Assembly: GCA_964016885.1 (NCBI GenBank)
Contig: OZ024743.1
Location: 354,144,001-354,208,000, forward strand
Direction: 5' to 3'
Origin: Eledone cirrhosa
Lineage: Eukaryota
Length of the DNA stretch: 64,000 nt
The notes beneath the pieces were generated by a model. The model was not told where the DNA came from. It searched no databases and saw only the letters and a program-made list of their open reading frames with translations. Every line of letters starts with the position of its first letter. Within the stretch, counting starts at the first letter, position 1. The position numbers and the translations under genes are program-made. Shown in pieces: positions 30,401 to 44,624 of the stretch.

Positions 30401-30949
30401 TACAAGACATACCAAGTATTCTCCATTTGAGCTTCGCGGAGTAACTATATATATATATACTATATATACTATATATACTATATATATATACATAATTTTG
30501 TTATGTTTATGTACATTTTTTCTTCTTTGTACCTAATTGTATATGGTTGGCTATATGTTTGATCAATTTCTACGGGCTATTAGAAATACTAGATAAATCT
30601 TCCGTGGCTGTTGATCGCGGATAAAATAGCTATCATTTATTTATCTATTGTTTCTTCATAGGTACATTTTAAACTTATAGCCTCGTTTAAATGATTTTTT
30701 GTGTGGTTAATTATGCTGATTGGGAGGAGAAATACTGTATATATTTTATCAAATGATTCTATGGACTTACTTTCTTATATATATATATAATATATTTATT
30801 AAAATAACAGATTAAATGTTTCAAATTTATTATTATTACTATATATATAGATATATAGATATATATGTATGTAAAAGGTAAACAGAAATAACAACACAAT
30901 CGGTACAGTATATGGAAGGGATATATTAGGTTAACGCTTGATATAGCAG

Positions 30950-31264
30950 GAAGAGGGTATTAACGTTTCGGACGCTAGTCCTTCATCAGAAGAAAGAAAG
31001 AACAAGATAGATTGAGGGGGCGGGCGGGATGGAATTGGAAAAAATGTCTTTCGATAAAAATAACAGGTCCATTCATGTTGACATCTCTTGCAAAACTGTT
31101 GGTGCTGGCGTTTTGTGTATGATTTATGTTTAGAAAAGTGGATGATGGAGCGCGTCTACCTGAAATGAAAAAAAAAGCCGTTTTGTAAAAAGAGCTATTC
31201 TTGTGCACGTGATTAAGAAGCGCGTGTGTGTGTGTGTGTGTGTGTGTGTGCGCCGCGCGCGCGC

Positions 31265-31295
<31 letters not shown>

Positions 31296-33090
31296 TGTGT
31301 GTGTGTGTGCGCGTGCGTGCGTACGTGTGTGTGTGTGTGTGCATGTGTGTCTGTGTTATTATACGTCCGTACGAAGCTAAGAAGAAATGTGTGTGTATAT
31401 GTGAGTACAAGACTGTGTGCATGTAAGTACGAAGCTATGAGCAAAAGTATGTTAATATAAGGGTGTGTATGTGTGTATACAGAGCAGTGAATGGAAAAGT
31501 GGAGTGAGCATATATAATGGGCATATATTAGTTGTAAAAGAAGCTGCTAATGATCAAGAGAAAGCGATAGGAATCTACGAGTGTGATAATGGACGCGGTA
31601 GTAGAGAAATTGGGGAGGTGAGTTGAGTCCAAGAGGTGAATAGGACCCAAGGCGGTGAATCAGACTTTGTTCAGTCCTGGTGCGCGAGGCCTGTGATCCA
31701 TGATGTAAAAGGTCACCCAGGACTGAAACATGTATGGAAGAATGACCAGGAGAACAGAAATGACGGGCGATAGGAGTATCCAAACCGAGTTGTATGTCCC
31801 TCAAATGTTCAGCAAAAACGTTCCGCCATACGGCGTCCCGTTTGTCCTTAATATAAAGACCCGCAAAAGGAACACCGTAGGGCATAGACAACGTGGGTGG
31901 ATGTGTAGGTAAAGGAATGGCGGATACGGAAAGACCTGTTAGGGCCTGTAAGAATGATGAGGGTGGAAATAAAGGGACAAGTGTTGCAGCGGGAACGGGA
32001 ACAAGGATGAGAGCCGGATGGAGTCGTGAGAGAGGACGAAAATGAACTGCGAACCAGGATGTCGCGGAGGTTGCGGGAGTGCTTAAATGCAGTAATGGGT
32101 GGGTTTGGAAAAAAGTGAGAAGTGACGGCGTCAGAAGAGAGGATACGGAAGGAACGGAGGATATGTCGCCGGAGTGGTAGGGTGATGGGGTGGTAGGTGA
32201 GAGGGAAAGGAACACGGATGTTGTGAGAGCGGGGGTGAGGTGAGAGGGCTGTGGTGCGGTTTGTTTCACGGGCGCGGGTGAGAGCAGCTTGGATCAAGGT
32301 GGGGGATATCCACGCTGGATGAAGCAGGAAGCCATGCTACAGAGCCTACGAAGACGGAGGACCTAGGAATAGGGTATGGCGTGTTTGGTGTGGGTTGGAT
32401 GGGAGGAGGTGAAGTCGAGGTAAGATTGGGAGCCTGCTGGTTTAATGAAGATGGAAGTAGAGAGGGTGTGGTGAGAGTGATTGATAGAGAGATATCTAGA
32501 AAAGCGATAGAAGAATCGGAGACGGAGGCGGGGAAATTGAGAGCAGGATGGAAAGATTGGACAAAAGTAAGAAAACAGACGAGCTGTTCTCGTGATAGAG
32601 AGGTGGTGCCGATACAGTCGTCGATATAACGACCGTATAGCTCAGGAGTCGGTCCAGCGTACTGGGAGAAGATCTGGGCTTCGACGTAGCCAACAAACAA
32701 GTTGGTATAGTTTGGTTCCCATCGCTACACTACCCCAGAGACCTACTTATAAAATTCACCCGAAAAAGAAAATCCATTGAGGGTGAGAACAAGCTCAGCC
32801 AGACGGAGAAGAGTGCTAGTGCTAGGGTAAGAGGTAGGGCGTAAATCTAAAAAAATATTGGAGAGTGTGGAGGCCGTCATCATGAGGGATAATGGTATAG
32901 AGAGAGGTGATGTCCAGGGTAAAAATAAGGCTGGAGGGACAAGGAGGGAAGGAGAAAGAGTTGAAGAGTCTAAGGGCATGATTTGTATCGTAGATGTTGG
33001 AGGGGCGATTGCCGACCAACGGGGCGAGGATGGTGTCTAAATATTCAGAAATGATCTCCGTGGGGCAGTTGCACGCAGAAATGCGTGAAA
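30950..33090 (-). mobile_element. Decayed Penelope-like element (Neptune-like), RT plus GIY-YIG
   Basis: ISACNCPTEIISEYLD; LDITSLYTIIPHDDG; YGRYIDD; AFLDI; linker CSRSRCNTC; VVYALRCSFCGSLY; PIARHF; PLGLN. Confidence 0.9.
30955..30995 (-). ncRNA. Hammerhead-like motif in the PLE 3' region
   Basis: CTGATGA-a-ggac(tagc)gtcc-GAA-ACGT-T; stem I is poorly paired. Confidence 0.55.
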
Positions 33091-33201
33091 GTGTTCTCAA
33101 CGCTCCACATAACGGCGTAATTACCCTCGCTTTTTTCCGTTCATTGCCAGAGAACGCTTTCACGATCCAAGGTATCGTCTTCCTGTTTTCCTTCGGTAAC
33201 A

Positions 33202-33458
33202 ACGATTTGTTAAGCCTTCATTACGTTTATTGATTGGTGACGCGCGTTTCGCTATGGATCAGATCAAGGTTCGATCTGTATCGATCTGGCCCGACTCTGG
33301 TATCCGAAGCTCGTCGGACCTCTACTGTTGTAATGTAGAGGTCCAACGAGATTTTGAATCCAGAGTCGAACCAGAGCGAGACAGATCGAACCTTGAGCTG
33401 ATCAATAGCGAAACGCGCGTCACCAAACAATAAGCGTAATGAAGTCTTAATAAATCGT
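33202..33458. mobile_element. Palindrome with an extended-stem-II HHR-like motif in each arm
   Basis: Arms of about 120 bp, each reading ggt-CC(G/A)ACGA-g..~58 nt..agc-GAA-ACGCGCGT-C/acc. Confidence 0.65.
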
Positions 33459-33948
33459 CTTTGTATTAATATATTACACTCTGTTTAGCTGTACATCTCG
33501 CTACTGACGTGAACCTAAACACGGAGTGCTCACCTGGATATATATATATATATAAAAGTGCGTGTGTGTGTGTGTGAGTGTGTTTTTATGTAATTTATGT
33601 AATTTTATGTAATTATTTACTCAAAGAAATCCTACAACGTATATTGTTTGAGTTCTTCAGTTAGAAGAAACCATTTAGTTACTGATCCTACCATACCGAT
33701 CCTCTATCACCATACCTTACTTCATACACAACTTTATTGACTTACATACACATACTCATACACTTATATACACACACCATATAATATAAGATATCTGTAC
33801 AAAAATATTTTAACATTTAATCCAAGTCCAGTTATATGTGACTTACATATTTACGTTAAAGACAAGCAGTTTCCCACAGGCAAGGATACATAAGGGGGAA
33901 AAATGGACATATTTAATATGTATATATGTACATATATATATATGTATG

Positions 33949-33993
<45 letters not shown>

Positions 33994-33999
33994 CACACT

Positions 34000-34032
<33 letters not shown>

Positions 34033-34348
34033 GGGTGTGTATGTGTGTGTGTGATTGTGTGTGTGTGACATGCGTATGTGTGAATGTGTGTATATATATA
34101 TTCCTCTGAATAGATACTCTATACATCGAAGATAACCATTATGACATAATGTTGATCAAACCTACATAACCACTAAAAAGAAAATCGACCTGATATAATT
34201 CTTATTCTATATGTCTAAATTACCATTTTTTCGCTCTCTCTTGTCCTGTTTCTCCCTTTAGCTATAAATGCTAAAGGCATTTATACTTAACATCATATTA
34301 TTCATTTTTCTACATTGTTTGTTTTAATGTCTTCCATTCCTTAGTGAA

Positions 34349-34383
<35 letters not shown>

Positions 34384-34400
34384 TGATGATGATGTTAAAC

Positions 34401-34451
<51 letters not shown>

Positions 34452-34458
<7 letters not shown>

Positions 34459-34878
34459 TGTTTTCTTTATTAACCACAAGGGTTTACATAAAGTAGACAT
34501 TAAGGACAGTACAGGACAATACAGGACGGTACAAATGGGTATTTCTGCGTGTAAAAAAAACAAAGGATGTAATAAAATAACAAAGAAAAATTCCCCAATA
34601 GGGGGGAGACTTCCGAGGGACATTTGTGGAGAAAGCCCATTAAAAGACCATAGTGACCCTGACCACCAGGGCAAGTGCCCTCTCCCAGTTTTCCACCTTT
34701 AATTTACAGACACATACTCAGAGAAGGCCCATTCATTCGGGCCATACTTGCTTCTCTCACCCATCTTTCAACAAAATGCTGGGAAGAGAGCACTTCCCTC
34801 TCTACCCTGATTTTCCTTTTCAAATGAAATTTGAAAAAGTTAATCAGGGCATCACTGAAGAGGTAAGTGCTCGTCTTC
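34452..34878 (-). mobile_element. Tx1/L1-like LINE 3' end
   Basis: ALINFFKFHLKRKIRVEREVL..FVERW, then a 3' UTR with AATAAA and an (ATT)n tail; same family as 61100-61812. Confidence 0.7.
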
Positions 34879-34892
34879 AAAAAAAAAAAAAA

Positions 34893-34930
<38 letters not shown>

Positions 34931-35094
34931 TGATGATGATGATGATGATGATGATAAAAATAAATATCTGTAAAATATTCAAAATAGCAAAAAAAAAAAA
35001 AAAAAAAAAAAGTGAAAAATAGAAAAACAACAACAGCAAAAGTAAAAGCAACAATAAGAAAAAGGGAAATCATCTAAGACTACCTCAATAATAA

Positions 35095-35261
35095 CGACTA
35101 TAGCCACCATCAACGCCACCACCATCATCACCATCACCATCATCATCATCATCACTATCAGCATATTTCTTTAGTTCCTCCTCCTGCTCCACCTCCTCCT
35201 CGCCATCATCATCACCATCATCATCATCATCATAATCAGTATCAGCATATTTCTTCTTCTT

Positions 35262-35335
<74 letters not shown>

Positions 35336-36440
35336 TATCATCATCATCATTATCATCATCATCATCATCATCATCATCAATATCATCATCATCATCCCCG
35401 CCACCACCATCCCCGCCATCATCATTCTCATCACGACTACAACGACCACCACCATCTTTCTTCTTCCTTCTTCTTCTTCTTCCTTCTTCCTTCTTCTTTC
35501 TTCTTTCTTCTTTCTTCTTCTTCTTTCTTCTTCTTTCTTCTTCTTTCTTCTTCTTTCTTCTTCTTCATTCTTCTTCATTCTTCTTCATTCTTCTTCATTC
35601 TTCTTCTTCTTCCTTCATTCTTCTTCATTCTTCTTCATTCTTCTTCCTTCTTCTTCCTTCTTCTTCCTTCTTCTTCCTTCTTCTTCCTTCTTCTTCTCCT
35701 CCTCCTTCTTCTTCTTCTTCTTCTTCTCCTCCTCCTCCTCTTTCTTCTTCTTCTTCTTCTTCTTCTTCTTCTTCTTCTTCTTCTTCTTCTTCTTCTTCTT
35801 CTTCTTCTTTTTCTTCACCATCACTATGGCGATGATCTACACGATTATAACCACTACCAGCCTCCTAGTCCTTGTGATGATCATTGTTATGATGATGATG
35901 ATCATCATCATAACAATTATCATAGTTCAACTCCTTCTGACCATGATCCCGATCATGAGATGATGATGATGATGATCATATTCATCATCCTCAGCCCCCA
36001 CCAACACCGCCACCACCATCACCATAATAATCATCATCATCATCATCACCATCAGCATATTTCTTCACCTCCTCCTCCTCGCCATCATCATCACCATCAT
36101 CATCATCATCATCATCATAATCATCATCAGCATATTTCTTCACCTCCTCCTCCTCCACCTCCTCGCCATCATCATCACCATCGTCATCATCATCATCATC
36201 ATCATCATAATCATCATCATCATAATCATCATCAGCATATTTCTTCTTCTCCTCCTCATCATCAACATCATTATCGTCGTCATCGTCGTCACCATCATCA
36301 TCAGCATATTTCTCCTCCACCTACCCCTCCTCCTCATCGTCATCACCACCATCACCATCATCACCATCATCACCATCACCATCATTATCATCATCATCAT
36401 CAACATTATCCACATGACAACCACCATCCTCACCACCATC
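35095..36440. repeat. Compound trinucleotide repeats (CAT)n/(CTT)n/(CCT)n
   Basis: Directly visible low-complexity tracts. Confidence 0.9.
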
Positions 36441-36680
36441 AAGAAAAACAGCCAAAAACAGTTACGATAGATTAATCTTTCTAGAGAAATCTGGAAGCCT
36501 ATTATATGTACTGTGCTGTTTTTATATCTCTTTTTACCGTTCATGACAAAATAACAAATAAAGAAATAAAACAGATGAGAAAAAAGAAAAGAAATTGCTT
36601 TTCAATTGCAGAAGAAAATAGAGAAGTAATAAATATGTTGACTTGATAATGGCTGAACATACTCTCTCTCTTTCACACAT

Positions 36681-36711
<31 letters not shown>

Positions 36712-36712
36712 C

Positions 36713-36771
<59 letters not shown>

Positions 36772-36854
36772 CATACACAATATATATACATTATACATAC
36801 ACACACAATATATATACATTATATATATATATAGTTCTCGTTATATATATACAT

Positions 36855-36931
<77 letters not shown>

Positions 36932-37054
36932 CTCTCTCTATATATACATATATATATATATGTATATATATGTATATATATATATTTATATATATAGTTC
37001 TCTATATATATACAATATATATATATACATATATTTATATATATATATATAGGG

Positions 37055-37096
<42 letters not shown>

Positions 37097-37097
37097 A

Positions 37098-37136
<39 letters not shown>

Positions 37137-37304
37137 GTGTATATATATGTGTGTGTGTGTATATGTACATATATCTATCTCTTTCTCACTCCCCACCTCT
37201 CCCTCTGTATATATATATATATATATATATACAATACAATAACAGTATGTATATATATATACATATATTCTTCCCCCTCTCTCTCTCTCTCACTCTCATT
37301 CTCT

Positions 37305-37335
<31 letters not shown>

Positions 37336-37713
37336 TATATATATATATATGTATATAGGTGTGTGTATGTGTGTGTGTGTCTTTACGTATTTGTGTGTAC
37401 GCACACATACATATCTATATATGTAGACACATTGGCACAGGTATATACGCCAACTACTTACAGAAAAATATATGCAGAGCATACACGCACATACATTTGC
37501 AAAAATGTATATATATACACACGCAATAAACAAACAAAAAAACAAAAAAAAGCATGAAATATAACTACTACAATAACAAGTACAACAATAAAAGATATAT
37601 GACGACATCTTTACCTTGTAATACAATAATATATCAAGATGTAGAAAATAAAGTATGGAAGATCATAATGAAAATGCAATACATATGAAAGTGTGTGTGT
37701 GCGTGCGTGTTTA

Positions 37714-37782
<69 letters not shown>

Positions 37783-37793
37783 GTGTGTATGTG

Positions 37794-37844
<51 letters not shown>

Positions 37845-37885
37845 ATGTGTATATGTATGTATATATATATAAGTATGTGTATGTG

Positions 37886-37958
<73 letters not shown>

Positions 37959-38065
37959 TTCAATTTCTGGTGTAATGACAGATGCATATAGCTATATGGC
38001 TATATACATACAATCAAATATATATATATACATGTATTTATATATAAATATATAAATATATATAT

Positions 38066-38156
<91 letters not shown>

Positions 38157-38208
38157 ATATATATGCATCATATATAAGTATATATATATATGTAAATATA
38201 TATATATG

Positions 38209-38260
<52 letters not shown>

Positions 38261-38381
38261 TATATGTATGTGTGTGTATGCATGCTATATAATATGGAGA
38301 TATATGTAAATACATCTACATATATGTGTTATATGTACATTAATATTTATGTATAAATCCATTATTAATGAATATATATGT

Positions 38382-38415
<34 letters not shown>

Positions 38416-38455
38416 ATACATATTCACATACACACACATATATACACACACACAC

Positions 38456-38486
<31 letters not shown>

Positions 38487-38959
38487 CTTATCAGCAAGCG
38501 ACTACGTTTGTATGTGTTTGTGCGTGTGTGGTCTTTGTGTGTCTTGATATTAATAATATTTTAATATCTCGTAATGCTGCTATGTCAGAAACAAATGCAT
38601 TCTGATCAATGATTTTTTTCCTTTCTATTCTCGTCTACGTTTTTATCTATTTCATTCCCTTCCTTTTTTTTTCTTGTACATTTTTTTCTTTTCTTTTTTT
38701 CTTTTTCTCTTTTTATCATAACTCTTTCCATCTCGTAAAGAACTACACTGTTGCACTAAGGGAGCAAGTAATGGCTATGTTAAAGGAGAGTTTAATCTTT
38801 TCTATCTCTGTATTTCATATCTACGTGCCGCTGTGATGGCCTTTACGTTTAGACCTATCTATTTCCGTCTTATCTATTACTAATATGCATTTTTTTTGTT
38901 GAAATATTAATTACTCAGAGGAGTGTCTGTCACATTTATAGGTTCTTCCATAGAGAGGA

Positions 38960-39420
38960 GATTGATATGAGTGAAGTTCAGTCTGAATGTCTGTAAGTCA
39001 AAGCTTGCAGGCAAGAAGTTTCAAGAGTGTAGCAAGTGTCGGAAAGTATTGTGTAGTAAATTTTGCTTTTTGAAGGATTCAATGGGTAACACCCTAGCTA
39101 ATGACAACATGCTTGAGAATCTAATGGGCCTGTGAGGCGCTGTCATGCGACATTCCAAGTTGAAAAGTAGAGGCCATTCTATATTATTAACGGTAAAGGT
39201 ATCAGAGATAGGAACCGGCAAGTATTTGAGCCAGCTAGCGTAGTGCATTGGTAAGTGAAACTTTGATATTCAGTCGGATGACCTTCTTTGTGTGTGCGGG
39301 CTAGCATACTTGTGTGTGAAGCAACAGATGCACTCTTCCAGATATATGGACAGTATTCCATTCATAGAGGCACTTGAGTCTTTTAGTACAAGAAAATTTA
39401 CTCGATATGTGAAGTAATTC
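38960..39420 (-). pseudogene. CR1/L2/Jockey-group LINE RT C-terminal relic
   Basis: MEYCPYIW motif followed by a decayed LINE-like C-terminus. Confidence 0.5.
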
Positions 39421-40136
39421 TATTGTGTTTATATGATATTGAAGGAGACTGCGTTATCATCTTTTCATTGAATGATGTTTTTGAGATCTTTGTTCGTGGC
39501 AACAGTGCATAGCTGATTTAAAGAGCTTAAGTTGCAGATGGATGGCAACTGCGTGTTGAAGGTTAAGAAAGAAATGAACTATGACAGATATGGCGAGAAG
39601 CAATAGGAAATAGGTGATTAATATACAGAAGATAGAGAGCCGGGTCATAACCGAACTACTATGGAGTATTGGGCGGAGAAAAATCGTAACTACACATTCC
39701 TATGGAGCGATTTATATAAGGCATCCACTAAAAGGTATGACAGATGAAGTGTCCATTGATATAATGTTTATCAAATTAATTAAGGAAGAGAAATAAATAC
39801 GTGTGCTATTGTTTGGTGGTGTCAAGACGTATTGTATGACTAACGTAAAGGTAGGATAGTGGGTTCATCGAATCAGTTGAGGATAAGCCGTGTTATGAGA
39901 GGTTCGAAGAGGGTTGGATGGTGTGATGACCAATTCAAATCAGTTGAGGATAAAATTGTAAACATGACATGGACCAGATGTTACAAGGAGTGGTCAAGAA
40001 ATGGAAAAACGTTTGTTCTACAAATACACATACCCTACATACCGGCGCACACACTTACCCAACACGTACACATGCATGTTTATATACATGCATATATACA
40101 TAAAATAATATGTGTATCTTTGCTTTGGTGGTTTAA

Positions 40137-40329
40137 CCCTTTAGCATTTAAACTGTCCGACCAGAATTCTCTCACTACTTTGTTCAAACTGGCCATAACC
40201 GGCTGCTCATGTAAAGGTATTGTTCTCAAAATATATAATATCAAAATCTCGTGTGAGATAATTATGTGAGATAAATCCTTTACTGTGAAAATAGAATAGT
40301 AGATATAGAGTAATGTAAATGCTAAAGGG
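40137..40329. mobile_element. piggyBac-like MITE
   Basis: TTAA|CCCTTTAGCATTTA...TAAATGCTAAAGGG|TTAA. Confidence 0.9.
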
Positions 40330-40373
40330 TTAAATGTGTGTGTTGTGTTGGGAATGGTTAACACTTGTATAAA

Positions 40374-40465
<92 letters not shown>

Positions 40466-40649
40466 ACCACATCCTCCATCTCAAATCTACTTTTGAAAAT
40501 GAGAAGAACTGCGAAACAAAAAGAACTGCGAAGGACTGCGAAAAAAAAAAAGACGCCAGTTGCATTTTCGATTTCATCTTTTTTCCTTATACTTTCACTC
40601 GTGTAGGACACCTCGTTTCTTTTTCCATTTTGTAAAAAAACCTTACTTT

Positions 40650-41175
40650 CTAATATATATATATTGCTTAGGTGCTTTTGCAGAGATCGAGGCCAACTGG
40701 CACACACGAGTCAGCCAATCCCAGATCGACCTCTGTACATCAGAAGATGCTGTTGTAACCGGGTTTAGGGAATCACCAGCGTATTCTCCTCTCTGGATGA
40801 GAGGATGTACTTCTCTCAACAGAGTATAAGCCAAGCATGTTTCTGATAGCTGGCTTGGAGGAGGACTTCTTATTAAAAAGTTGATGGACAGTTTGCCAGA
40901 ACATTTTATTTACTGATCTGAAGTCGGATTCGAACTTAACCGCAAAGTCTACCAATGTCTTAACTTTGGGCGCCTCCAGGTCGCTATTTCTGCCAACCCT
41001 TATATATGGTCACGAATTTCATGCAATGACTGAAAGAATGCGATCGTGAATAGAGGCTGAAATGGAGTTCCTTCGAAGGGTCTTTGGTGTTACTTCGTAA
41101 CTTTACTAGATAGAGTGCGTAGCTCAAGGGTCAGAGAGTCGCTCCAGGTACAGCCGTTAGCTTTCCGAATTGAGA
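40650..41175. pseudogene. RTE-type LINE fragments joined in opposite orientations
   Basis: Minus-strand DFRSVNKMFWQTV...LNPVT; plus-strand PTLIYGHE..MTERMRS..EMEFLRR..DRVRSS. Confidence 0.65.
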
Positions 41176-41265
41176 AAGAAAAGATGCACACACACTCAGA
41201 CACACACTCACTCACTCACAAAACCCACCCACCCCTACCCCCACACATATATATATACATATATA

Positions 41266-41386
41266 CGAGGGCTGGCTGAAAATTTCAAGCTTGACTATGA
41301 AAAATAAATCTCATGAAAAATAAATCTCATTTGGTCATTCCATGAGAGTATCTTAGTTAGCTTATGAACTTTTCAGCTGACTCTCG
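41266..41386. mobile_element. Tc1/mariner-like MITE
   Basis: TA|CGAGGGCTGGCTGAAAA...TTTTCAGCTGACTCTCG|TA. Confidence 0.8.
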
Positions 41387-41554
41387 TATATATACAAATA
41401 TATAAGCTTTTGGTTTTGCTTGATTAACAAGTTTGATGAACAGATCTGGCCGGAGTTGGGTCCATAACATTTACATGGATCTGTAAAACAGCCGTGATAT
41501 ACGTATATAAGTTTATCATACACCTCGGCTAGTAGTGCACCTTTTACTATATAT

Positions 41555-42150
41555 AATAATTGTTTCTACTTTTGGCACAAGGCCAGCAATTACTCCAGTG
41601 CATTACTGGTACATTATTTCATCGACCCCCTAAGGAAGAAAGGCAAAGTTAACATCAGGCGGGAGTTGAACTCATATCATAAAGGGTCATAACTCTATGC
41701 TGCAAAGCAGGGCATCCGACTCTCTACCGATACTGCCAATCCACCGATACTGCACATCTACTATATATAATAATTTATTAACAACACGAGTGTTATGCAA
41801 ATTAGTGCATTACTGGTACTTTATTTTATCGACCCCATAAGGTTGAAAGGCAAAGTTAACCTCGGCGGGATTTGAACTTACATCATAAAGTGTTCATAAT
41901 AATTGTTTCTACTTTAGGCACAAGGCCAGCAATTACCCAGTGCATTACTGGTACTTTATTTTATCGACCCCGTAAGGATGGAAGGCAAAGTTAACCTCGG
42001 CGGGATTTGAACTCAGAATGGCAAGGGCCGTAACTCTATGCGTCAAAGCATGGCATCCGACCCTCTACCGATACTGCCAATCCACCGCCCTATAAAGTGT
42101 TCATAATAATAATAATAATTGTTTCTACTTTGGGCACAAGGCCAGCAACG
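41555..42150 (-). mobile_element. Cluster of 3-4 Nin-domain SINEs (nested or tandem)
   Basis: Copies at 41555-41745, 41805-41890 and 41897-42090, plus a tail fragment at 42115-42147. Confidence 0.85.
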
Positions 42151-42151
42151 C

Positions 42152-42522
42152 GGTATCAATATAACATCATTATGTTTATTTGTGTGTTGACTTTGCCTTT
42201 CATCCATACGGGGTCGATAAAATAAAGTACCAGTAATGTACTGGGATTTTGTTGGCCGTGTGCCAAAAGTAGAAACAATTATGTTTATTCGTGTGTGACG
42301 CGCGTCTCGCGATCTATCAGCTCAAGGTACGATCGGTAACGATCGTGTCCAATTCGGGAATCGGTAGCTCATCAGAGTTGTGAATTCCAGTCATTAAGAA
42401 ATACATAAATCTGATGAACTATCGATTCCAGTGTCAGGCCCGGTCTATACGGATCGCATATTGAGCTGATAGATCGTGAAACGCGCGTCACACGTGAATA
42501 AACATGAAGTTATATTGATACC
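42152..42522. mobile_element. Palindrome with extended-stem-II HHR motifs; left arm interrupted by a SINE (42187-42278)
   Basis: Same GAAACGCGCGTCAC family as 33202-33458; CTGATGA in both arms. Confidence 0.7.
42406..42494 (+). ncRNA. Hammerhead-like motif with a long stem II
   Basis: CTGATGA-ac...60 nt...gt-GAA-ACGCGCGT-C; stem I is weak. Confidence 0.5.
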
Positions 42523-42535
42523 TCATTTCTATTCC

Positions 42536-42666
<131 letters not shown>

Positions 42667-42781
42667 TATAAATATATATTATGATATCAGTATTAGTTTC
42701 ACGCTCGAGAGTGTGGGGTGGGGGGATATATACACAGATATGTATATGCATATACACATATACACATATACACATACATGC

Positions 42782-42815
<34 letters not shown>

Positions 42816-43099
42816 ACATACATATATAAAAAATATTAATACATGCATGTCCACATATTTATTTGCTTCTTGGTGTATTTTTTCTATTATGTAATTTCAG
42901 AATTTCGTGTCATCTCTTGTGAAGCTTGGACCTTTTTACGTTATTTCTAATAGGTTCCTAAGGTTTTGTACGTTTTAGCACGATACCTTCGGTGGCTGTT
43001 TAACTCAAACGAATAATTGTTTAAAAAATTGCAAGTATCCTCAGTCTGTTATTAGTTCTCTACATTGTAGGCAGTTTATTTTGTGGTGTGATGTAGAAA

Positions 43100-44400
43100 T
43101 CGGCATAATGTTATTAACGAAAGATCACATGTTATTTTCTTCTTTATATTTCCTAAAATGTTTCTTTTCGAATCATATATTAAAAAGCAGAAATATTGTA
43201 AATCTTCCCTTTCCGCACTCTTCAAACTGTTCTCTGCATGCTGTGTATCTGACATTATGATCGCTGTTGTTGTTTATGGTACCTTACTTTGTTATATAAT
43301 ACTGTTCCAATTTCTCCAATATAAATATTCTTTACGTAATAGATAAAGTTGTCTTTCACACGTTTGAACTCTGATTTCACTTTCTGATGTGAATGTTGCC
43401 TTAGGCAATAATTTCTTTAAATTTGGTGCTTGGCGTCTGCTGTAAATTATGAATGATTCTTGCGGGTCTTCATTCATTTCAAGGGACCCGTAGATACATT
43501 TTAGCAGCGTTCAAAATATTGTGGTTCCTTGAATTGAGAGTGACAACGAAGAGGATAATGGTTTGTTGGTGTCTATTTTCTTGGTTTGGGTTTCTTCTGT
43601 GTTTTGTAATTGGGATTTTCTGGACCCTGGCAATGGTTGTATTAGAATGGTTCACAGGGTATATTTGTTTCTGAAGAAATATTTTTAATTCTTGTAATCT
43701 TTCTTCACGTAATATTGTGTCTGTAGGTTTAAATAAATTTGCCATATTGAATGGAATTTTCCTTTCCGTATGTGGGGGATGGGAAGACCAAATTTTCAAA
43801 TATTTGTGTGTATCTGTTTGTATATAAATACGTTTTAATATTATCCTCTTCTTTGATAGTTAAGATGCCCAAAACGGCAGTTCTTTTGCGGGCCATTTAA
43901 TTATGAATTTTGTATAGAGATGAAATTGCTGTATGTGAGTGTCCTGTTCCAAAATTTGAAGTAGTCTAACTATCGTTTCCAGTTATTCATTCTATAGATG
44001 GCAAAACCTTGCTTGAATGTTTCCGGTAATTCGGAATATAACATGATTTCTAAGAGGCCCATCAACAATGTCTCATATATTGGTGCTACTCTTCAGCCCA
44101 TGGACGTCCCTATTATTATAAATAGTTGTTTACAAAGAAGAAATGGATATTCTCAAGTACTAATTTTAATCCAAAAATAAAATATTTTGAAAAATCTTTC
44201 TAAATTATTAATTCGGTGTTTTACCATCCAAGAGGTTACATCTTCTAGTCCTAAATTATGTGGAATACCACAGCTGTCGAAAAGGACAAGGATCATTTTT
44301 TACGTGCCACTACCAGTAAAGATAGATCGTTTTTTCCCGTGCCACTCCCCACTTTGCCATTTTGTCTCTAGATCATACACGGACACATGATTCATCTCCT
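43100..44400 (-). pseudogene. Highly decayed PLE RT-linker-EN remnant
   Basis: GIPHNLG; GTSMG.RVAPIY; SSHPPHTERKIPFNMA; SRRQAPNLKKLL. Confidence 0.75.
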
Positions 44401-44539
44401 GTTATTAATTTATTCAAGCAATTTGTTTCCATTTCTCAATTTCGAGTCTTTTTAACGATTTGTCCAAGCGCGGCATGGTTGTTTGTGGAATCTGAGTAAA
44501 CTGGAGCAACGTGAAATAAAGTGTCTTGCTCTCTCTCTC

Positions 44540-44624
<85 letters not shown>

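Noticed and set aside
35171-36544. Poly-K/E/M/D/H ORFs
   Set aside because: Trinucleotide repeats with no splice or homology support.
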